Below are positions 6,288 through 12,002 of a stretch of 12,002 nucleotides of DNA, piece by piece. The notes beneath the pieces are model-generated. The model saw only the letters and a list, made by a program, of their open reading frames with translations. It was not told the DNA's origin and made no database searches. A program made the translations under genes and the position numbers. Source of the stretch: a bacterium (lineage in GTDB: Bacteria; Zhuqueibacterota; Zhuqueibacteria; Zhuqueibacterales; Zhuqueibacteraceae). Position 1 is the first letter of the stretch, and every line of letters begins with the position of its first letter. The stretch spans positions 1 to 12,002 of the forward strand of contig JBIOXB010000188.1 of NCBI GenBank assembly GCA_044869275.1. The letters are read 5' to 3'.

Positions 6288-7850
6288 ATGACAAAATCAG
6301 AACAGTCAAGCGTGCTTCTCGCTCGCGGACCGGCCGAATCAGAGTCTTGGCATTTGCCCACCCGGGGGATAGCGATGCGTTTGTTTTTCACGTGTTGGCT
6401 GGTTTACACGCTGCATTTCGCAACCAACATCGTGCGTGAGATTTATCCGGCGTTGGCGCTAGGGGACCATTTTTCGTTTCGCGTCGACGACTACGCCCAC
6501 ATGCACCCCGACCTCTTTGAGAAAGAAGGTTATGGCTGGCATATCGGCAATAACCCCGGTGTGTCGATACTGGCGGCGATTCCGTATGCCTTGATGCGGC
6601 CGGTTATCGATCGCCTGGTCGAAAGTGTACAGCGCCGGCGCATGGAGGCCGGCCTTTCGGAGCCACCGCCGTATGACTCGCCGTGGCCAATGGCGCGAGA
6701 GTTCTTCCAGGAAGCCTGGCGTCGTGGGTATGATATCAAATTCGGACTGGCGGCTTTCGTCATGCAGTCGATGTGCATGGCTCCAGTCTCGGCACTGGCT
6801 GTTGTTTTCATGTTCTACCTATTGCGCCTGCTTTTTAACTCGGATAGGACCGCGCTTTGGTTGTCCCTGCTCTATGGTTTTGGCACACCGGTGTTTTTCA
6901 GAACCGGCTACTTGAATCAAAATCTCATGCTCGGGCATTTCGCTTTCATGGGATTTGTGGCGATGTGGAATCCCGGAGGCCATGAACGCTGGACGACGCA
7001 GACGAGGTTTTTTCTTGGAGGGCTGGCTGGCGGGACCGCCTTGCTTTTTGATTATAGCGGTGCCGTCTTGCTGCTCGGCCTGTTTCTTTATGGAATAGTT
7101 AAGCGGCTGCACGCCGTTTCAATTGCTGACGCATTTCGCCATGGTTGCTGGTATCTGTTGGGAACTTTAGGGCCAGTTTTCTTATTGTGTCTTTATCAAT
7201 GGAAGAGCTTTGGCAACCCATTCCTCCCAGGCCAGCATTGGATGCCGCCCGTGCAATGGATTGATCGCGGTTACCAGGGTTATGGCTGGCCCCAGTTGGA
7301 ATTATTACTCGCTCTGGCATTTGACTATCGCTTCGGTCTTTTTGTTGCAAGCCCTCTCATGTTGTTGGTGTTCATATCGCCTTGGTGCAATCGCGGGTTG
7401 CATCGTCTTTTACCAACAATTGAATTGGTTTCACTGCTAGCCATTTTCGCGGCTTTTTGGATTTTCTTCAGCGGCAGCAACTACACCAGGCTTCAGTTCA
7501 ACACCGGTATTCGCTATATGACTCCCATGCTGCCATTTCTTTTCATCCCGGCCGCCATCGTTTTGATGCGGTTGCCGCGCATGGCGGTCTATTTCATTGC
7601 CCTTTTTTCGGTTGTGGAATCGTGGTGCCTGGCCATGCATCGTGATGTCGAGCGTGGTCTGGGCATGCTTGATCCGATTCTGCATGTCTGCCTGGGTGGG
7701 TTCAAGCTCCCGGCTCTCACGACCTTGTCGCGTATGCAAGGGCAATATGGAGAATATTTTGCTCAGGGCGTTTCGCCCTTGCCGCTTTTTGTCCTGACCG
7801 CGATGATTTTGTTCGTTGTTTGGATACCGAAATTCAAAGCCCCCAAATAA
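6288..7850 (+). CDS. Polytopic membrane protein, probable GT-C fold glycosyltransferase
   Basis: About 520 aa with many hydrophobic segments. A large loop after TM1 has acidic residues (REIY, RVDDY) and NNPGVSILAAIPY. Also ALWLSLLYGFGTPVFF, LFDYRFGLFVASP and the late RYMTPMLPFL motif typical of GT-C/PMT-like proteins. Start uncertain (in-frame ATGs at 6267, 6288, 6375). Confidence 0.75.
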   Translation: MTKSEQSSVLLARGPAESESWHLPTRGIAMRLFFTCWLVYTLHFATNIVREIYPALALGDHFSFRVDDYAHMHPDLFEKEGYGWHIGNNPGVSILAAIPYALMRPVIDRLVESVQRRRMEAGLSEPPPYDSPWPMAREFFQEAWRRGYDIKFGLAAFVMQSMCMAPVSALAVVFMFYLLRLLFNSDRTALWLSLLYGFGTPVFFRTGYLNQNLMLGHFAFMGFVAMWNPGGHERWTTQTRFFLGGLAGGTALLFDYSGAVLLLGLFLYGIVKRLHAVSIADAFRHGCWYLLGTLGPVFLLCLYQWKSFGNPFLPGQHWMPPVQWIDRGYQGYGWPQLELLLALAFDYRFGLFVASPLMLLVFISPWCNRGLHRLLPTIELVSLLAIFAAFWIFFSGSNYTRLQFNTGIRYMTPMLPFLFIPAAIVLMRLPRMAVYFIALFSVVESWCLAMHRDVERGLGMLDPILHVCLGGFKLPALTTLSRMQGQYGEYFAQGVSPLPLFVLTAMILFVVWIPKFKAPK

Positions 7851-7929
7851 AGTGTCCTATTGTCGCCCTCGTTCTGATAGGGGCCACAGACTTTTCCAAT
7901 CATTCAGTTTCGACTATCCACTAGACTCA

Positions 7930-9666
7930 ATGAATTCCATGCAACTTCGGTTTTGGAGCTTGGTTACCTCCGGTGCGTTGCTGTTGCTGCTTGCGGCTGC
8001 GGTTCCAAATAGGGCATTCGAAAGCGCCCTGCTCGGCACCACCTCAAGATCATTGGCTTGGGGGCCGACGTTGTTTCGGTCGTTGTTGGCTCTTCACGGC
8101 ATTGCGCTCATGATCGCCGGTATTGTTTGGGTAAGGCGTCGCCGTGACAGAGCTGAGTCTTCTCAATCGGCATCCCCAACACACAAGCATCGTGCGCAAA
8201 GTGCAGACCGGCTGCCTTGGCTCATTTTGACGGTGTTGGGTCTCCTGGCATTGGGTTCAAGATTATGGCGCCTCGACTCATGCTTATGGTACGACGAAGT
8301 CATCACTCTGTTACAATTCGTGCGCTTGCCGATCGGTGAGATTGTCACCCGCTTTGATTCACAAAATCAGCATATGCTCTACTCGATTTTGGCACACGCC
8401 TCGATCAGCGTTTTCGGCGAAAGTGCCTGGGCGTTGCGGTTGCCGGCCGTGTTGTTCGGGGTAGCCAGCTTGTGGGCACTCTTTCTGTTGGGCCGGCGCG
8501 TCATGGGCACACACGAGGCACTATTGGCATGCGCCCTAATGACCTTTTCTTACCACCATATATGGTTCTCTCAAAATGCGCGCGGCTACATGGGCATGTT
8601 GTTTTTCACAATACTGTCGACGTGGTTGTGGCTTGAAACGCTGGCGCAAGGCAACCGGCAGTGGTGGATTTATTACACCATTACGGCCGCTCTCGGCCTG
8701 TGGGTTCATATGACAATGGCTTTTGTGGTCGCCGCCCATGCGCTCGTCTACTTCACTCTGCTGATACGCCCCTCGTACGGAACCGGAGGTGAGGGAACGC
8801 CATACTTTGATGCCACCGCGCGATGGAAACCGCTCCTCTCACTGTTGTTGACCGGCAGTTTGACTTTGCAGCTGTATGCACTCTCGTTGCCGGAATTTCT
8901 GGAGACGGCTTTGCATCAAGTGTCATTGCCCTCGGAATGGTCGAAGCCGCTCTGGGTTATCACTGAGAGTTTACAGAGCCTGCAGGTCGGTTTTTCCGGA
9001 CTCATAATCATCATCATGGGGGGGGCCTTGGTCGCTACCGGTTGGCTGAGTATGCTGCGACAGCATTGGCCCGCTGGTATTCTAATGGTCTTACCAGGAT
9101 TGTTGGGCGGACTGACGATGGTGATGCTGGGACATTATCTTTGGCCTCGATTCTTTTTCTTTTCCGTTGGGTTTGCGTTCCTCATTCTGGTGCGCGGCGC
9201 AATGGTCTTTCCGCGTTTACTGCTTTTTTCCATCGCTGGCTGGCGGTCCCGCGAGCGCCTGGCCAAAAGCGCCGGAATAGCATTGGCTGGCCTCATGATA
9301 GTGGCTTCAGCCATGACCGTACCCCGGTGTTATGCGCTTCCCAAGCAGGACTTCACTGGCGCCCGTGACTATGTTGAAGCGCAACGCCTGCCTGGCGACG
9401 GCGTAGTGGCCGTTGGTCTTGCCGGTATCGCCTACAAGCGTTATTTCGCTCCGCATTGGTCCGCAGCGCAGACCGTGGCGGAGCTCGAGGAGATCCAGCG
9501 CGCTTATCCGGTGCTCTGGTTGGTTTATACGCTGCCCATCGAGGTCAAAGCGTATCACCCGGAAATTTGGTTGATGATCGAGAAAGACTTTGAAACTGTA
9601 AAAGTTTTTCACGGCACTTTGGGCGGTGGCGCAGTGACCATTTGTCGGACGCGATCACAGAGATAG
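7930..9666 (+). CDS. Glycosyltransferase family 39/83 (PMT/ArnT-like, GT-C) membrane protein
   Basis: 578 aa from ATG 7930 (alternative 7939; the track start of 7816 overlaps the upstream gene). Signature RLWRLDSCLWYDE after a TM helix, HMLYSILAH..FGESAWALRLPAVLFG, HIWFSQNARGY, PRFFFF, and a C-terminal soluble domain. Confidence 0.88.
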   Translation: MNSMQLRFWSLVTSGALLLLLAAAVPNRAFESALLGTTSRSLAWGPTLFRSLLALHGIALMIAGIVWVRRRRDRAESSQSASPTHKHRAQSADRLPWLILTVLGLLALGSRLWRLDSCLWYDEVITLLQFVRLPIGEIVTRFDSQNQHMLYSILAHASISVFGESAWALRLPAVLFGVASLWALFLLGRRVMGTHEALLACALMTFSYHHIWFSQNARGYMGMLFFTILSTWLWLETLAQGNRQWWIYYTITAALGLWVHMTMAFVVAAHALVYFTLLIRPSYGTGGEGTPYFDATARWKPLLSLLLTGSLTLQLYALSLPEFLETALHQVSLPSEWSKPLWVITESLQSLQVGFSGLIIIIMGGALVATGWLSMLRQHWPAGILMVLPGLLGGLTMVMLGHYLWPRFFFFSVGFAFLILVRGAMVFPRLLLFSIAGWRSRERLAKSAGIALAGLMIVASAMTVPRCYALPKQDFTGARDYVEAQRLPGDGVVAVGLAGIAYKRYFAPHWSAAQTVAELEEIQRAYPVLWLVYTLPIEVKAYHPEIWLMIEKDFETVKVFHGTLGGGAVTICRTRSQR

Positions 9667-9768
9667 ATCGAAAAATGAGCGAAACGGCCGACAAATTGCG
9701 CATATCTGATAAACATTCCTCGCATAGAGATTCGCGCCAAGGCACCTCACGTTCCGAGAGATTGATAA

Positions 9769-10704
9769 ATGATCAGAGCAGTTAGCGTCATTATTCCAGC
9801 CTTCAACGAAGAGTCCGCAGTGCAACAGGTGGTGGTTGAAGTGCGCGAACACTTGCGACAAAACGGTATCGGCGCGGAGATCATCGTTGTCGATGACGGC
9901 TCAACGGATGCGACGGCTTGCGTGGCGATCGCCGCCGGCGCCCGCGTGGTACAGCACCGCAGCAATCGTGGATACGGTGCCTCCTTGAAAACCGGCATCC
10001 TGGCGGCAAAATACGACATCATCGCCATCACCGATGCCGACAACACCTACCCGGCAGAGCATATTCCGGAGCTGTTGAAAGAACTTGAACATGCCGACAT
10101 GGTCGTCGGTGCACGCACCGGCCGCCATGTGCATGTCCCCTTGATTCGGCGCCCCGCAAAATGGGTATTAAAGCAAGTAGCAAACTATGTTTCAGATGCC
10201 CGTATTCCGGATCTGAACAGTGGTTTTCGTGTATTCCGGCGTAACCTCGCCGTGCAGTATTTCCACATTCTTCCCGACCAGTTTAGTTGGACCACCACCA
10301 TCACGCTGGCGATGCATTGTGATAAATACGCAGTGACCTATGTTTCGATCAACTACCGCAAACGCAAGGGCCAGTCCAAGATCGTGCCTTGGGATGCCGC
10401 AAGCTTCGCTGTGCTGATCTTGCGCGCGGCAATGCTATTCCGGCCCTTGCGGATTTTTCTTCCCTTAGTCTTCGTTTGCGTCGCTTATGGCTTGGGTAAA
10501 ACAGCAGTGGACCTGGTCCGCGATCCGAACATCTCGGCTTCGGCAGTGCTGGCCTTGATGAGTGCCTTGCAACTTTTATTAATCGGTATGCTGGGAGAGG
10601 CGATTGCTGCGCGTCTTGGCCGGCTGAATCCCAATGCCGTAGTCGGCGTTCGCGCCAAAGAAATCGGCGACCTGGAACTTACAGAATCCCCCGACATCCC
10701 CTGA
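9769..10704 (+). CDS. Glycosyltransferase family 2, polyprenol-phosphate glycosyltransferase (DPM1/GtrB-like)
   Basis: 311 aa. VSVIIPAFNEE, EIIVVDDGSTDAT, NRGYGASLKTG, DAD (DxD), DMVVGAR, DLNSGFRVFRR, YRKRKGQSK, then two C-terminal hydrophobic helices. Confidence 0.93.
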   Translation: MIRAVSVIIPAFNEESAVQQVVVEVREHLRQNGIGAEIIVVDDGSTDATACVAIAAGARVVQHRSNRGYGASLKTGILAAKYDIIAITDADNTYPAEHIPELLKELEHADMVVGARTGRHVHVPLIRRPAKWVLKQVANYVSDARIPDLNSGFRVFRRNLAVQYFHILPDQFSWTTTITLAMHCDKYAVTYVSINYRKRKGQSKIVPWDAASFAVLILRAAMLFRPLRIFLPLVFVCVAYGLGKTAVDLVRDPNISASAVLALMSALQLLLIGMLGEAIAARLGRLNPNAVVGVRAKEIGDLELTESPDIP

Positions 10705-10726
10705 CTCCTTTTTTTGCCGTGTATAT

Positions 10727-11299
10727 ATGGCTCTCTTTCGCGTTTATCTGTTAACCGGACTCATTCTCCATAAATTCGTGTGGGAAATGCTCAAGCGACG
10801 ACCGGCTCGAGTGCAGGCAACGCGTCGCCCCGAGCCTTTTAAGCGCGCCACGCTTGTGAAGATTTTCAAAGTCGCCATCTTGGTGGGAATTCTGCTCCAG
10901 ACCTTCGCGCCCGCAATTCTTCCTATAGTTGAAGATCCCTTTTTTCTTCGCGTAGGTGGTGGGCTTCTTTACACTGCCGGCCTCCTGTTGGCGATCTGGA
11001 GCCGAATCCAACTTGGCAACAACTGGTCCGACATTGAAACGGCCCAGGTCCTCCGTGACCAAAACGTGGTGTCGCACGGCATCTATCGCTATGTGCGTCA
11101 TCCCATTTATGTCGGTGATTTGGCTCTGCTCTTCGGCCTTGAGCTGAGCTTGAACTCATGGCTGATGCTGGCCGTTGCTGCCATGGCACCGATAGTGTTG
11201 AGGCAGGCCATCCAAGAAGAAAAGATGCTGCTCAAGAATTTGCCTGGATACGCGGCATACTGCCAAACCACTAAACGATTCATACCATTCATCGTTTGA
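10727..11299 (+). CDS. Isoprenylcysteine carboxyl methyltransferase (ICMT/Ste14/PEMT) family membrane methyltransferase
   Basis: 190 aa, several TM helices. QLGNNWS..., [22 protein letters not shown]....[17 protein letters not shown] are hallmark ICMT/PEMT motifs. Confidence 0.9.
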   Translation: MALFRVYLLTGLILHKFVWEMLKRRPARVQATRRPEPFKRATLVKIFKVAILVGILLQTFAPAILPIVEDPFFLRVGGGLLYTAGLLLAIWSRIQLGNNWSDIETAQVLRDQNVVSHGIYRYVRHPIYVGDLALLFGLELSLNSWLMLAVAAMAPIVLRQAIQEEKMLLKNLPGYAAYCQTTKRFIPFIV

Positions 11300-11303
11300 A
11301 ACA

Positions 11304-12002
11304 GTGAAGCGCACACGGATAGCAATCTTAGGCGGAGGACCAGCAGGCCTAGGGGCCGCATGGCAATTGGCGCGGCACCGCAAGGCCAAGGCCATTGTGT
11401 TGGAGCAGCGCGACCACGTCGGCGGCAACGCCGGCAGCTTTGAGATTGACGGCCTGCCGGTGGACTATGGCAGCCACAGGCTTCATCCGGCTTGTAAGCC
11501 ACAAATCTTGGATGACTTGCGGGCTTTGCTGGGGAAGGACCTTATCGACAGGCAGCGTCACGGTCGCATTCGTTTGGGAGGGCGCTGGCTTCATTTCCCG
11601 CTCAAGCCCATCGATCTCATGTTTCACATGCCGTTGTCTTTTGGTGCCGGTGTTTTGCAGGACTCCCTTCGCAAAGTGGTGCTGCGCCCTCGCAACGGCG
11701 TGGCGGACACGTTCGCGAGCGTTTTGGAACGCGGTCTTGGGAGGACCATTTGTCATGAGTTTTACTTCCCATATGCGGTGAAGATATGGGGGCTGCCCCC
11801 GCAAGAACTATCACCCATCCAGGCTCATCGCCGGGTCTCAGCCGGATCGTTAGGCAAGATGGTGCGCAAGGTGATCGGCCTCGTACCCGGGTTCAAAACC
11901 CCTGGCTCCGGTCGTTTCTATTATCCCAGCCAAGGGTATGGACAAATCTGTCAAGCCATTGCTACCGAGGCGAGAAAAATTGGCGTTGAGATACAACTTT
12001 GC
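11304..12002 (+). CDS. 3'-truncated FAD-dependent oxidoreductase (HemY/amine oxidase/UDP-galactopyranose mutase-like fold)
   Basis: Not in the ORF track. Read by hand from GTG 11304, open to the window end (233 codons): [62 protein letters not shown]...[15 protein letters not shown]...[12 protein letters not shown]. It has the Rossmann GxGxxG, the E-x-x-x-x-x-GG motif and D-x-G-x-H. Confidence 0.92.
   Translation, partial: MKRTRIAILGGGPAGLGAAWQLARHRKAKAIVLEQRDHVGGNAGSFEIDGLPVDYGSHRLHPACKPQILDDLRALLGKDLIDRQRHGRIRLGGRWLHFPLKPIDLMFHMPLSFGAGVLQDSLRKVVLRPRNGVADTFASVLERGLGRTICHEFYFPYAVKIWGLPPQELSPIQAHRRVSAGSLGKMVRKVIGLVPGFKTPGSGRFYYPSQGYGQICQAIATEARKIGVEIQLC

Noticed and set aside
7816..7929. Track's extended N-terminus for the GT39 protein
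   Set aside because: It overlaps the upstream CDS with a non-ATG start and featureless sequence. ATG 7930 or 7939 is more plausible.
10705..10720. T-run after the GT2 stop as an intrinsic terminator
   Set aside because: No preceding GC-rich stem, and the next gene starts 22 nt after the stop.
11395..11989. + strand track ORFs 11395-11781 and 11786-11989
   Set aside because: Wrong frames. The real gene is the open frame from GTG 11304 with FAD-binding motifs.

Overview
Gene-dense bacterial window with all convincing genes on the + strand. The first gene carries a T9SS-type C-terminal sorting domain, which points to an FCB-group or KSB1/Calditrichota-like host (inference). After the 3' end of this secreted GH30-like protein comes an apparent cell-envelope modification operon. 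It encodes two tandem alkaline-phosphatase-superfamily (NPP/phosphodiesterase-like) paralogs, one with a signal peptide + YIGPGAG + TM anchor and one with a lipobox. These are followed by a 63-aa RHH-like protein ending in RLRGLGY and flanked by heptamer-periodic hairpins, a 3-TM EMC3/TMCO1(DUF106)-like membrane protein, two GT-C-type membrane glycosyltransferases, a DPM1-like GT2, an ICMT/PEMT-family membrane methyltransferase, and the 5' part of an FAD-dependent oxidoreductase missing from the ORF track. The most interesting signal is the four-gene module at 749-6262, which could be a trans-membrane group-transfer relay that decorates a lipid-linked glycan. That is a hypothesis; all family calls come from motif recognition, not database searches.
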